Positions 11,495-25,842 of a DNA stretch of 64,000 nt are shown here, piece by piece. Location: NCBI RefSeq assembly GCF_041146345.1, contig NW_027191405.1, forward strand, positions 1,364,001-1,428,000. Reading direction: 5' to 3'. Each line of letters begins with the position of its first letter. The stretch's first letter is position 1. The translations under genes were made by a program, and so were the position numbers. The DNA comes from Neodothiora populina (Eukaryota). Under the pieces are notes generated by a model. The model was given only the letters and a program-made list of their open reading frames with translations. It was not told the origin of the DNA and ran no database searches.

Positions 11495-13473
11495 ATGTTG
11501 ATCGAAACTCCCACGCCAACTGCGGCGGGTACTGTCAAAGTCGTAGAGTACATCTACCGCCGACTACACGAAGTTGGAGTTCGTTCAGTTCATGGAGTGC
11601 CTGGAGACTTCAACTTAGTCGGTTCGTTTGTCTCGTTCATTATATTCTACCATAAAAGACTGACACCTGCAAGCTCTCGACTATCTTTCGGAATGTGGAC
11701 TGAACTGGGTTGGCAATGTGAATGAGCTTAACGCAGGTATGTAATGTTTACCAGACATCTAGCTTTTCATTGAGATCTGACAACTGTTAGGTTATGCTGC
11801 TGACGGATATGCCCGTATCAATGGCATCGCAGCAATGATGACGACCTTCGGTGTAGGAGAGTTGTCGGCAACAAACGCCATCGCAGGGGCGTACGCAGAG
11901 TTTGCCCCCATAGTGCACATCGTGGGCGCTCCTCACAGACGAGCTCAAAGATCAAAGGCTCTCCTTCATCACACCCTGGGTACAGGTGACTTCAGTATAT
12001 TCCAGGAGATGAATCGGCACATTTCGTGTGCAATGGCGATACTGGAAGAGCCAGAGCTGGTTGCACCAAAAATTGATGACGTGATCAAACAATGCTACCT
12101 TCAGCGCAGACCTGTCTACATCTCGCTACCGGTGGACATGGTGGAGAGCGTTATCGATGCCAGTCCGCTTTCGAAGCCCATTGATCTCAATCTCCCAGCG
12201 AACGAGGCTAAGCAGCAGACTGAAATCGTGGATAGTATCCTAAAAGCACTCTCGGTGGCTAAGTCGCCTGTGATCTTGGTCGATGCCTGTGCATCGCGAC
12301 AAAAGGTTCGAGCTTATCGCTTATCATGGTTGTATATGCCACTGACATATTGGGTCTAGTTGTTGGATGAAGTCGACAATCTAGTCCAAACGTCCTCTCT
12401 ACCCACTTTCGTCAGTCCCATGGGCAAAAGCTCGGTAGATGAGAGCCTGCCAAATTATTGCGGTGTTTATGCAGGAGCAGCATCGGTCCCCGCTACAGTG
12501 CGTGACTACGTCGAGTCTGCAGATCTGGTTCTTAATATTGGCGCCATGCTCTGCGACATCAATACCGCAGGATTCTCGAGCAATCTCCGACGTGACAACA
12601 CGATCGAGTTGCACAGCATCTCCGCACGCGTGATGGACCGTGACTATCTTGGTGTGCATATGAAGTGGATCCTTCAAGAGCTGACTAGTCGACTGCACGA
12701 GGTGGTTCTATCGAGGTCTCCGAAAATCGATTCCGTCACTTCAGCAGCAGAGGAAGAAGATTCTGATCCTAGCGCTGAGCTCTCACACAAGTGGTTATGG
12801 CCACAAGTAGGGTCTTTCCTCCGGGAAAATGACATCTTGCTCACCGAGACGGGCACTTCGACCTTCGGAATGTGGAGCACATCATTCCCCAAAGGCGTCA
12901 CAGCGATCAACCAGATGCTATGGAGCAGCATTGGCTATTCCGTGGGCGCGGCACAGGGAGCCAGCTTGGCGGCACGCGATACGTCAGACAAGAAGTCGAG
13001 ACGAACGATTCTATTTGTAGGCGACGGAAGTTTCCAGCTAGGTGCACAGGAACTCAGCACAATGGTGCGACAGAAACTGAACCCCATCATGTAAGTCCCT
13101 CGCCCCACTTGAGCCCTCCCCCGGGACCTGCCCCTCGAAGCGAAAACCACTAATTTTGTACTCTTCTCTCAGATTTGTGATTTGCAACAATGGCTTCACA
13201 ATAGAGCGGATGATCCACGGTATGCGAGCTGCGTACAACAACATCCAGCCTTGGAATCATTGCAATCTTGCCATTGATTTTGGCGCCACCGACGAAGACT
13301 ACAGCAGTCGTCGCGTGCACACCAGACAGGACTGGTGCGATCTCGTCGCAGACGAAAGCTTTGTCGAAGCGGAGAAGTTAAGACTGGTGGAGGTATACCT
13401 GCCTTGGGATGATGCGCCTGTTGCGCTAAGGACGCTAGCGGCCAGTGCAACAAAGGCAAATGCGAAGGCTTAG
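11495..13473 (+). CDS. Thiamine diphosphate-dependent pyruvate/2-keto acid decarboxylase (PDC family), 5 exons
   Basis: [38 protein letters not shown], the ThDP motif GDGSFQL...NNG, and TIERMIHG. Confidence 0.92.
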
Positions 13474-13734
13474 CTTTCTTCGGTGTAGGAAAAAAAGCGT
13501 AGTATAAAAGGCTTGCTTGAAGTTTCTTCAGGTCGGAAGTTGTCGGCTCATGAAGTATTGACTGGCGTAGAGGTAGGGGGGAATCCTCGTTGGCGTTGTG
13601 TTAGACATTTCAAAAGGAGAGCAGTACGCCCGGCATACCTTCTCCTTTCTTGCTTTTCGGGACATGTGACGAACACACTTCCTGCATCTTTTTGGCCAGT
13701 GACCAGGTGATATGAACGGCTCGAAAGGTATACA

Positions 13735-15386
13735 TCAGACCTCTTCATCCACATCGGCTCTCTGATTGCCGTTGCTATTGTTGTCGAAATCACCATCCCT
13801 CACCTCACTCTGCGGAACCTGCTGCCATTGCTGTGGGCGTCTCATCATGAGCCAGCCATCCCGCTTACCGCTCGAGCCTCGTCCTTTGACACAGTCGGAA
13901 GCATGGAATAAGTGACCTCGACGGCACCTGACAAAGCAAGCATACAGGATACCTGCAGTAGCGACAGCCGTACCACTTATGGCAGCAGGATACTTGAACT
14001 GGCCGGGCTTCGCAAAAACCACGGTAGAGGCGAACGAGAGGAGCTCAAAAACGCTCTGGACACTAGCTTCGATGGCGGAGAAGGCGCCCCGCTGATCAGC
14101 TTGCACGGAGTCCTGGATAATCAGTTGGGTGGAAAGATCGAATCCCCAGAGGCCGGTGCGGCTGAGGATTATGCCGGTCAAGAGGAGTACGATCGTCCAT
14201 GTCTGGTTCAATTTGGTGAGCCAGAGAGATAGGACTGATAAACAGACCATGATCAGCTGCCAGTTCAAGAACCAGATGCCACTGCGGACAGGACCGATTC
14301 TTTGCATGACCATTGGCCCTAGCCAGGTCGCAGACAGCTCGAGGACGGTGGACAGAGTGCGCAGGAGGCCAATGGTGGCCGAGGTGAAGCCAAGGGCGAG
14401 GAGATAGGTCACGAACTGGCCTCCGAAGGATAGAACCGTGAGGTATAGTAATGATAAAGATAGAGAAGGCAAGAAGGCGGCGTGGTGAATGTAGAGATGG
14501 AGACCACTGATGGTGCTGTGACACTGCTTGACAAGTATGTTGACGAAAGAGGTGGCTTGCCTTGACGCTGTAACAGTCGACGGGTTACGTTCTGACAAAG
14601 CAGGTACACCGTCGTAGACGTTCGCAATTGCAAAGTACTCCACTCCAATGGACAGACACGTCATAGTGAATGTCACAGTGATTGCGATTCTGGTAGAAAA
14701 GCCATCGACAATAGCGATGGCTAGGGGACCGACCAGCTTACAGAACAAGTCTATGCGTCGCATTTGAGCATTAAGCTGCTGCAAAACCTCTTCGTTTCTC
14801 TGGGCGATAATGACGACCCAATCTCTCTCGATGGATATGGTGTTCATAAGTGAAGACAACTTTTCGATACATGCAAGAACGGAGAGTATAGTCAAGGAGA
14901 TGACAGTAAGCGAAGTAGACAGGTGGTCAGGTAGAGACATGAACCATAACAGCGTACAAGACAAGGCGGTTGCAATCCTCTGTCCGACTGTTCTGGTCAG
15001 TAGGGCGATAAGGAGGGTGGTCAGAAGCGTACAGACTGAGGAAACATACTAATTGAGACACGAACAACATACATACGCTCTCCATGATCGATAAAGCTCC
15101 CTACCAAGCCAGAGAAGAGGACCACGGACGCAGATCTGGAAAGAGCGTAGACCGAGGCAGGCAGCAGTGTTCCAGGGAAGATGGTTGACAGGAACAGGAC
15201 AGCGCCGAATTCGAAGACTCGGCTGTTCCAAGTGGAGAGTGCATGAGAGATGTACAACTTCCTGTAGAGCCTACTCGAGGGTTTCGAGTGCACATTGCCA
15301 TCTGTATGGTCGTCCTGGGTTTGTGCAGCAAAGAGCTGCATTTCTTCCACGCTTGGACTTTCACTGATGGGAGTGCAAGAGCTCAT
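13735..15386 (-). CDS. Ferroportin (SLC40/FPN1) family transporter
   Basis: LYISHALSTWNSRVFEFG, SIERDWV, MRRIDLFCKLVGP and SRTGLWGFDL motifs. One intron at about 14988-15049. Confidence 0.9.
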
Positions 15387-16011
15387 CTTCTACCTTGTCA
15401 TGGAAAACCTGTCAAGAAAGCTGTCCAGAATCGAGGGGATTCATGATGGCCCTTGGGAGTGAAAGTAGAATGCTTGATATCGGACTGATTTTCCAGATGG
15501 TCTGATATGCGGAGACTACGGCGTTAAGACCTGTACCAAGACAGTCTCCAACAGTGCGTCCGCCCCTGCCTGACTTTGCCTAGAGGGAAGCTGGAGGGCG
15601 TCAGAGCTGCGGAGGACGGGCCGAGCCGATCAGATGGAGACGGCAGGACAGGAGATGCTGCGCTCTGTACGGAGGTAAGGTAATTATGTGGTGAGAATGA
15701 GGGAAAGAGTGAGAGATCCAGATCCGAAGATTAGCCGCTTCTATCGCGACTCTGCGGTGATCGGAAACGCGCATTGCTTTGGTTTAACCTCGTAGTTAAT
15801 TGCAATTTATCCCCAGCTGCTGCTACATTCTCCAACGATTCATACAGTACACTAATAATATAGCTCATTCTTGTTTGCCTCCATAACCAAAACACAGAGA
15901 CCTCATCTACATCTTTGTGTCTTTCCTTCTTTCCCTCTGCTGCCTTGTTCCACAAAGCAACATTACATCAATCGCCAGCCACGCGCCAGGGGGGCGCTCC
16001 ACGACTTAGCG

Positions 16012-19000
16012 ATGCCCGCACGTAAACGCGGTCGGCAAGAAGCCGATCTGGACAGCAGTGTGGTCGCTGTCGAGATACCACAGGACAACCCTACATTGAC
16101 GAAGCTGCGCAGCATGTGGCAGTTTGGCGCTTTCATGCAGTATCTCTTCCTCTTTGGCAGAGTGGTCAAGGTCGACGAGGACTTTGACATGGATGTGAGT
16201 TTAGCTTTCAAAAGTAGTTGTAGCAGTAGTAATGTCTTGCCGAGAGATCTAGAGGATCCGATACTGATGATTGAGGTCTCGATTATAGGAGTTTGAGATG
16301 GAATGCCTGAGGCCTGAACCCTCAACGCGGCTACAGGAAGTCGCGCTGTCGCTCCTGAAATATGTCTCGTCTCACCGCGGCCTCACGTACGTCTGCCCAA
16401 CCCAGCGAACAAAGAAGTCCACATCGCTCTTTCCTTACATCGGACCGTCTGACGTGCACGATCGCTGACTAATTAACCTGCACCCAGCATGGAGCTGTTT
16501 GACGAATACACACGCAGACAGTACATGGCCAAGGCACCCTCACGCAACCCTTTCGGAGAAGAAGAAGAGCCTCGCAGATTCCTCGATTCTGACGTCTTCA
16601 CCAAAGTCCGCATCTTGCACCAATTGTCCGTGTGGACGCTGGGCAATGCCGACCGTATCCGCCAACAGATGCCTGAACAGACGGAAAGGGACCAGACCAG
16701 CTGGGTAAGCCTTCCTCTGCTCTGCCATTCTCCCGCTCTCCTGGATTTGCTAACCTCCCTTGTGTCCCCAGCGCATCGAAGAGCTCGGATGGGATCGCGA
16801 TGAGCGCGCCTACTTTGTCCTGGACGACGATCGCCTCTACCGCCGCACCAATGCTCCTCTACCACCCACTCCGAAGAAGGCAAAGGCCAAGCCTAAACCC
16901 AAATCGAAGGCGAGACGCTCTCGCGGCACGCGTTCAAGCAAGCGACAGAAGCTGCTACACGAGAGCGAAGACGAGCAAGAGGAAGACCAAGATGTCGACA
17001 TGCAGGATACCAATGGACATGGCGACAAGACAAATGACGATGCCGACGACGATGACTTTGGCGGTATGAAGTGGGAGTGCCTCGCCATCACCCTCGAGGA
17101 CTACCAGAACTTCCTCGAAACACTCAGACGATCCACCGACGCCGACGAGAAAGTGTTGCGCACTCGCATACAAGAGCAGATCATGCCCATCATGGAGCAG
17201 AGGGCGGAAAAACAGCGCCAGAAGGCTCTCAAGAAGCAGAGAGAACTGGAGAATCTGCAGAAGATGGCTACGGCCAAGCGCTCGAGTAGAATCGCGGGCC
17301 GGCAAGAGATGCTCAAGCAAAAGGAAGAGGAAGAAGCGGCCGAGAGGGCACGTCGCGCAGAGCTGGCCATGGCCAAGAAGGAGCAGGAGAAGCAAGCCAA
17401 GATGGAGCAGGCCCGCGAGTCTCGCATGCAGACGCGCGAGCAACGACTCAGGGAGCGCGAGGTCAAACGTATCCTGCATGAGGAAGAGCTTAAGCGGCTC
17501 GAGGAGAACTCAAAGAGCATCGAGAACGGCGACTCGCGCATCTCCGGCCGCGCACTCAAAATGGAGATGGAGAGACGACAGATGGAGCTCGACAGACTTG
17601 CCGAGGAGGAGGATCAGTGGGTCTTCGACTGCTCCGTGTGCGGCATGCACGGCGAGAATCTCGACGACGGCACTCACAGCATCGCCTGCGACAGGTGCAA
17701 CATCTGGCAGCACTCCAAGTGCCACAACATCCGTGAGGAAGACGCCGAGCGCGAAGACTTCCACTTTGTGTGCAACGACTGCGTCAAGAAGGAAGATGAA
17801 GCCAAGAAGCCCAAGATACCTCCACTGCGTCTGCGGATGGGAGCCTCCAGTTCTCCGCAGCTTGAGAGAGCTCAGCTTGCCGGCAGCGCCACGCCCCAGC
17901 GACACACCGATGCCGTCGCTCCTGCTCTCTCGCCGCGTCCTGGCTCCGCCCGCCCCCATCACCTCATGGATGGCCCCGCCCTCTCCCCTCAGGGTCAGTC
18001 TCCCGGACCACCTGGCTATCATCCTCATGGTCCTGAGCCCGTCGGGATTCCACAGCTGGCATGGCAGGGTTCCGCACTGCCACCTCCTCCGAGACCTTTG
18101 TCGGCCAACCAGGGCAGCTCGCCGCCGCCACCTCTGTCTCGTCACGCGGCGAATGGCCATGCTGCCTCGCCGCCTCCTTTTCAACTGCACCAGCACGCCC
18201 ACGCGAGTGCGATCTCGTCGGCCAACATGCCTCATCTTCACCAGCCTTACCTGCTGAATGGACATCAGGGCACGCCGGCCAGTCACATGGGTCCTCCGTC
18301 TCCACAGAAGGCACACTCGCGGCCCAGCACTGGTCACGATTCGAACGTGAGGCCTCTGTCGCGTAACAGCTCCGCAATGACGCCTGACCAGCAACACCGT
18401 ATTGCTCAACCACTGACGTACAGTCCAAACACCTCCTTCCCACCTCCCAGTCGTCCTCAGCAATACCAGCAAGCGGCGGGACATTCGCCCACGAAACTGC
18501 CTTCCTCGTCTCCTGGCCACGCCGGTCAGCAGCATGCTTCTTTCTACGGCACTCCTTCGAATTCGCAGCAGCAGCCCCATGGGCACGCTCACACCCCTCA
18601 CGGCCAGATCGCCTCGAATGCCCTTCGCCCCTCGCCTAGTGCGGCACCGATGCACAGCTCGCCCATCCCTCCGTTGCCGACTGGAAACACTCCCGTGATA
18701 CCGCAGAAACACGATACTCCTCGCCCAGCGTCGCGTGACTCTGTCGGTCCCATTCCCCCAGGCATCAGAATGTCACCGTCTCCCGCGTCCTTTGCGCGAC
18801 CTGCAAGCTCTTCCGGTCTTGGTAAGGCCCCTTCTCACGCACAGGTCCCCGCCGGTTCGTCTGGCAGCGCGGACCCCCTGTCTGGCGCTCAGGGTCAACC
18901 GTCAAAGACATCGGCAATTGTGCCCGACGAGTCGAAAGGACACCTCGGACTTTCTGACCCTGGCGTCGGCTTCCCTTCCTTGCCGAACAACGACAAATGG

Positions 19001-19204
19001 ACGACCGCTGAGGGTGTGCATCATGCGGATCATGGCCGAAGCTCGGAGATTCAGTCGTCTGGCCATGGCGAGGTTGTCGAGGGAGGAGGCATCGCTGGCG
19101 TGGAGACTGAGTTTGGCGCCGGCAGTGTGCCGGTGAAGAAGTTGCCTCCGGGACGCCTGTCGTCGCCGCCCAACCCTGCCGATGTTTTTCTCAAGCGCGT
19201 CTAG
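16012..19204 (+). CDS. PHD-finger chromatin protein (WHIM/DDT-like N-terminus, coiled coil, Pro/His-rich C-terminus)
   Basis: Multi-exon gene starting MPARKRG. PHD finger CSVC...IACDRCNIWQHSKC...FVCNDC; LGWDRDERAYFVLDDDRLY and KWECLAITLEDY blocks. Confidence 0.8.
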
Positions 19205-21069
19205 CCGACTGGCGACAGGCTTGGTCGTCCGACGCGGTTTCAGTCACATCATCCCGGAAAGCAAGAAAGAGCAGCGGGCACGATGTTGCATGTATGTAGC
19301 ATTGGAGCACCGACGGAATAGGGTACGGCAGGGAATAGACGGTTGATGATGGATGATCGATAAAGAAACACACACGTATACATCTTCAACGAAGTCAAGG
19401 CAATCCATCCAACGCGATGGTTTCGCCATTCGACTCGATTATCTCCACTGTAATTTGCGCTTGCCTTTTTGACTCTGATGGTAATCTCGACCTGCTATCG
19501 TATCACTAGGGTTGAATATGGTACCTAAGGTACCTCAGGATAAGGTACAAGTAGAGTTGAGCAAGGCACGTAACGGCAAGGTAGTATCGTGCGGTGAAGT
19601 AGACTATTCGACCACCTACCTTACCCAACCGTCGAGGGTGGTGTTCTCACATGCTGTCTCGAGCCCCCTCTCGACGCTTATTACTTGCCTTCCAACGCTA
19701 TATCAGTAGCTTGTATGATAAGCAACAAACCGACAGACATAATCCTGCAGGATAGATTGGGTGGTTAGGGCGTGGGTAGGTACTGTATAGCTGCGACTCC
19801 AACTCGACGATGCCTTTTTTTTCCCCAGAGGCCCCAGAGGGTTTCCCCTGCTCGGTGAACAGGCTATAGTCCCGATCTCAGAGATGTCCTTAAGGCTGAA
19901 ACCCTTGGGCAAACATGCCCCAATAAGCATTATCGCAAAGCGAAACTACTGCAAGCCCCGCCTCACGCCCTACGGTTCGCCCTTGTTTGGGTCTAAAGCC
20001 GATTGGGACCGGATTTGTAGTCGAATGAAGCCAACGATCGGCGGGCAAGCGGAGCGGATTCCTCGACTGTCGACCCTCGACTCTGGACCGGACCTCTGGC
20101 TGCTGCTGCGGCTGCACCTGGTCGAAGGATTCACGGAGCACAGACAACGCACGTTGTGTACAAGTACCACAAGGGGCACTTGTTGAGGTACCTTGAGGTT
20201 TAGTGCAGGTCGAGTACACAGGTACATCGGTGTCTCTGGCGTTCGGGGACTCCAGCGTCTGTAGCCAATAGAAAGCTGGGCCGGAGTGGTTGGCTGACTC
20301 CTTCCCTCGCCGCCCACTCTTCCAAAGCCAGAGTTTTGGAGACGCGCATTAATGTGTCTGCCTTGGGTGCCTGCTTTGGCCCCGTTGTCAGAGTGGCTTC
20401 TCGCTTGCTTTCTACTGGAGGATTAGAAGAAGAAGAGAAAGGATCCGTATGGACTAACTTGCTTTAGTGGGGAACTCGTTTCCTGATCTGCTTAGTGTGT
20501 GAGTTATTGAGTGAGTTGTAAGTCAGAGATACCCAACTTTTGCATGCAGACAGACCTACAGTAATCACTACTGCAATTGTACAGAGTACAGCAAGGTACC
20601 TACCGCTGCCCTTTACCTTACCCTGGCCGTGTTTATATACGGTAGCCTTACAGTAGCTGCCCTCGTACCGTAGCTGGCAGAAGGCACTGATGAGCTGCTC
20701 CTCTTCATCATCTGCGTTTCTGATCATCACACATCACTACTTGGGCGTTTTGTCTAGTCCTTCTCTCTGTCTCTCTTCCTTCCTCTCTTTCTCTCTCTCT
20801 CTCTCTTACCCTATCGTTCTTCTCTTTCTTCCCCATCATCTGCTCCTTCCAAATCCAAAGCACTCGATTCCTCTACTCTGCTCCAATCTTGGACCTGAAC
20901 TGGCCAATACTTTACATTGAAAGCCCTCTGGACCACTGTGCATCAGTACGGACCCCCCGCATACCATCGGCTTACTGCGATTACCAACTCCACCATCATC
21001 ACCTCCCTTTCTCTCTTTCGTCAATCGCTCTTGCATGCCCACGTCTAGTGACTAAAGTAGCAAGCAGCG

Positions 21070-24024
21070 ATGGCGGCCCGCACAGGCTCCAACGACAGCG
21101 GGCATTCGCACTCGGACTCTCAATCGCCTGGCGACAACTACTTCAATGATCTGTCGCGTCAACCTACCAACACCATCGCCCCGAATGAACAACAGCCCAA
21201 ATCGAAGCGCATGGCCTGTGTGTTGTGCCGGAAGCGGAAACTCAAGTGCGACGGAGCTAAACCCGCGTGCGCGACTTGCGCTCGCTTGTCTCACGAATGC
21301 GTCTACGATGAGATCAGGAAGAAGAGCGGACCCAAAAGAGGTTATGTCAAGGCGCTCGAGGCACGACTGGCGCAGGTCGAGACGATGCTGAAGACACAGG
21401 ACACGGTGCCTCTAGAAAGAAACGAGCCCGCATCTGCCTCGGCCTCGACGTCACTGAACACATCAGTCCAGGTGCAGGGCGACTACTTCGGGGATGCGAG
21501 CGAGATGGATATCGGAATCGCCGACGACAGTCTGCAATGGACGCCCGGATTGACAGATCTCATGACCGATCCCGCCAACAACCTTTCCAGCATCATGACC
21601 AATCTGCAAGACAAGCCAGCGACCTCGACCTCTTACCAGGAGACTTGGGGCAGCATGATAGGACTCGACGTCGAGGAACCTCTGCCTCTACCCGAGTGTG
21701 TCGAGGAATTGAGTCATTTGTACTTTCAAAAAGTGCACCCGACAATGCCTGTGATCCATCGTCCGAGATTCCTCATGGCCATGGCCAACTCTTTGTCCAC
21801 TCTGCGCCCTCCCGTGACTCTTCAGTACATCCTATGGGCTCTGGCCGGATCCGTGTCGGACAGATACGCGACCGTCCATCGCCATTACTACGACAGGGCT
21901 CGTTATTACTTCGAGCGCGACGAAATGCGTGGCCAGGGAGAGGGCATTGTCGATATCGCCCATGTGCAGGCTCTGTTGCTGATATCCTCGTACGAATTCA
22001 AGTATCTCATGTTTCCTCGAGCTTGGTCGAGTACCGGCCGTGCGGCCAGACTGGCGCTCATGCTCGGGCTGCATCGTGTCGATGGCGCCGCACTGGATGT
22101 CAAGCAATGCTTGCCTCCCGCAAAGGACTGGATCGAGACAGAGGAACGCCGACGGACATACTGGTGTTGTTTCCAAGAAGACAGAGCTGCCAGTATGGGC
22201 ACGGGATGGCCCATGGCTTTCGAGGAAGCCGACGTCATGACACATCTACCATCCAGCGACCACGCCTACGAGACTGGCAACAAAGAAACCTCGATCTCGC
22301 TCGAAGAAGCTCTCAGGCCTGGCGGCGCCGCCAAGTTGTCTCCGCTAGGCGGTGTGTCTGTGCTGTGCTGTCTCTTTGGACGCAATCTGCTGCACCTTCA
22401 TCGTTCTGGTCCCAATAATGACGACGATAGTCCCAACGGAGCATTCTGGGCAAGACATAGAGCTCTCGACGACATCATTCTGCACATATCCCTCGCCGCT
22501 CCGGATGCTCTCAGGCTTCCCATAGGCCTCAACAACCCCAACGTCGTCTACATGAACATGTGCCTGCACACGGCGACCATATGTCTACACCAAGCCGCAA
22601 TTTTCAAGGCTGAGAAGCACCGAGCCTTGCTCAAGATCTCGGCCGAGAGCAAGATGCGGTGTATCACGGCAGCAATCGAGATTGCAAACATTATGCGACT
22701 CACCTCGCACCAAGACATGTCAGGGGTAAGTCAAAAGCCCCGAATCAGCCCAGTTTGCCTTTTTCTCGAGGGGTGTTGCTAACTCTTTGTGTTTGTGTAG
22801 ATGAATCCGTTCACTTGTTTCTGCCTGTATGTTGCCTCTCGAGTCTTTGTGCAATACATAAAATCACGACCTCGAGACGGGAACATCAGATCGTCCCTGT
22901 TCCTTTTGCTGTCGGCCATGCATGCAACGAAGAAGAGAAATCCACTCGCAGAGTCTTTCCTCGTTCAATTAGACGTTGATCTTGAGATGGCTGGCTTGCA
23001 CGACATGCGAGATCTCTCTTCAACCGTAGCCAACAATAGTGTAACACCACGTGGCGGTTGTATGACGGAGTGGGTGATGCCCAACGGCGATCATAATCTG
23101 GCAGTCTTTGGCAACAACGGTGTGGCCATGCATTCTTCGACCTCCATGAACGAGGCGAATATAGAGCAGCAACAGCAGCAACAGCAGCAACGGGACGCGC
23201 AACCCACTGTCCATTTTACGACAAGGAAACTCGACACTCGTAATCCAACAGCAACAGCAACAGATGCAACTACAACCTTCTACACTTCCGGAAGCATGCC
23301 TGTACGGAACAAGTCCCCATCCATGGACCGAAGTCCACACGCTATATCTATAGAAACGGACATGAACGGCAGTGGAGCAAGCAATGGCCCTACACCACCA
23401 TCTCTCCGTGCAGACAGTAGCTCGGGTCGCGTCTCGTCCATAAGCTCAATCAGTCCTCCTTCCCTGACTATAGACGACCCTTTCCAACACAACAAGAGCC
23501 AAAAGAAAGGGAGCTTCAACACTGGCATTCTAGCTGGTGTGCCCGACTTTGATCAAAACATGACATACAGCGACAGCGAGCTGTTTGATTTTTCAACGGG
23601 CACAAGTCCGGGAAGTGGCACCACTGCAGACAACTACAACAGCGCTCGCCAAGGACCATCAGGACGAGTAGACGGCAACATGATTTATGGCGTGGATGTA
23701 TTTGCGGGGAGGAAATACGAGTTCCGTCCCCCAGAATCACGCCTTGATGATTCCATTTCTCCCACGGCCACAGCAACGGGGCCCAAAACCACACTAGCTG
23801 GTACGGGTGGTGGAGGTGCTGCATTGAATGTGTCGGATCTGAGTAGTATGACAGACGCAGAGTTCCAGTCAATCATGAATGGGATTGCGGGATGGGAAGC
23901 CGAGATCGCCACGGCGAATTCCGCTCCACAGCAACGACAGCACCAGCAGTTCCAGCAGGATCAGCAGGACCAGCGCCAACAAGGCCAGCAACAGCAGCAA
24001 GGGTATGGGGTGACTGGGTTTTAG
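21070..24024 (+). CDS. Zn(II)2Cys6 transcription factor with Fungal_trans domain and polyQ C-terminus
   Basis: ACVLCRKRKLKCDGAKPACATCARLSHEC and EERRRTYW motifs; intron at about 22726-22800. Confidence 0.92.
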
Positions 24025-25126
24025 CCGAGACGAAACAAGGAGCCGTACTACCTTTTAGAACAAAAGTCCGATTTTCTCTTTTCGACCGACACACGAAGCA
24101 ATACTCTCCTCGCACCTACTCAAATGACAACTTATTGGCTTTCATCTCCTTGACACAAACAAAGTCATCGCTATGTTCGCAACAAGCATAGGACGCACAT
24201 GACCGCAGATTATCACGATTCAAGACATCTTTCCCGAGAGGTCACTCGGGGACTCCATCCTCTCGGCGTCATTTCTTTGCTTTTCGATTTCGTTCTACTA
24301 CCAGAGAAGAATAGAGGTGTTCTCGAAAAAGCGGCGTCCGGACACGATTCACAACACTAGGCAGGATTTGTCTTTTTACTCTCTACTATATCGATACCAC
24401 ACTTGGGTCAATGAACCACAAATGAGTAACGAAGCGACATCAGATCACTTCACGGGATCGGGCAGCGATGGCAGCAAGTGGTATCTGTAGCGACGGCGTT
24501 TCCTATTCTGGGGGGTCTCCTTCTCTGCCAGATGGAAGAGGCTGTATATCTGTCTCGTGGACTGGGCGGAAAAAGGAGTTCAACGGAAGAGATTCTTTCT
24601 CTCCTCTCTGTTTCTCTCCTCTCAGGTTGTGGGCTTTCGAGGGGTTCTGCATGTAAAATATGACGACACACACGGACGACTTAGGTAGAATACAGAGTTC
24701 ACCAGCAAGGCAAACAGGCCGGAATAACGGAAGGAAGGAATGGATTTGTGCTGGGCTTCTGTTCAAACATCTCATCTCAATCTCTACTATATGAAAGAAA
24801 AAGCAAAAAAAAGTCCAGAATAAGAAATATGTTTCCCCACTCCTTCTCTCTCTCTCTCCGCCTACCGCTTCTCTAACCTCTTCATAGCCGGCGTTGCAAA
24901 GCATTCATTCAACTTTTTCATTGCATCCCCTTCATCACTGTACGCGTCCTGTCCTGAACCCTTCCATCTCGACGTGATCATGAGCCATCTTCAACAACCT
25001 AGAGGCCAAGAAGCCTCGAGGGAAGAGCGAGGAATCAGCACGCCCAAGTTCCTTCTTATTCAACGTACTCGGTCTAGCAAGTCCAAGACGCCACAGATCG
25101 CGAAAGAGAAATAAAGTAAAGTAATC

Positions 25127-25130
<4 letters not shown>

Positions 25131-25162
<32 letters not shown>
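25131..25162. repeat. (CA)16 microsatellite
   Basis: Read directly from the sequence. Confidence 0.9.
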
Positions 25163-25164
<2 letters not shown>

Positions 25165-25274
25165 TGCAACACGTGCCATTCTCTATACTTGAGACAGACA
25201 GTGTATTCCACGATCCACAAATCCGTGCTCGAGACGAAGAGTAACGCCGCAGTGACGAGTGAGGATGATGAAAC

Positions 25275-25276
<2 letters not shown>

Positions 25277-25308
<32 letters not shown>
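25277..25308. repeat. (AT)16 microsatellite
   Basis: Read directly from the sequence. Confidence 0.9.
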
Positions 25309-25310
<2 letters not shown>

Positions 25311-25842
25311 CGTGTGCAGAAAGCTAGATATGCAGCAGCAGCTAGCGGGATCAAATCGTCCGCCCTGTCTGCCCTGATAAATACCTGACTACCTGATTGT
25401 TCCGCACACATACCGTGCCTGTATCGCGTGTACTCTGCATACAGTACCTAAGTAGATAGAAAGGTACCGTACAGAACCACCACTACCGCGATGACAACGC
25501 CCTGTTCCTCGTGCTTGGATGCAGGATAATGCAGATACGGTTAGAATGCAGGAAAGATGCAACAGAATGCAATGTGAATGTATGCTCGCTGCGCGCCCCG
25601 CCGCCTTGTGTTGGTGATGGATGGGAAGAAAGAATTTTCATCCCATCGCATCAGAGGTAGACACAGAAACACACACTCAACAGTATTGACGGACCACGTA
25701 CTTCTTTCTATGGACTTATCCCATGTGTGCAAACCAGCCTTGATTCCCCTTCTCTTCCTTTCCATGGCTGGTCATCTTCCTGACCTGCTCTCCCAAACGC
25801 CTCCATGTGTCGACGACACAGGGATGAACAGAGAACCCCTCC

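Noticed and set aside
17510..18712. 400-aa antisense ORF, and similar long ORFs at 25982-26872, 38793-39803, 43883-44683 and 60318-61028
   Set aside because: Shadow ORFs opposite well-supported genes, with no motifs of their own.
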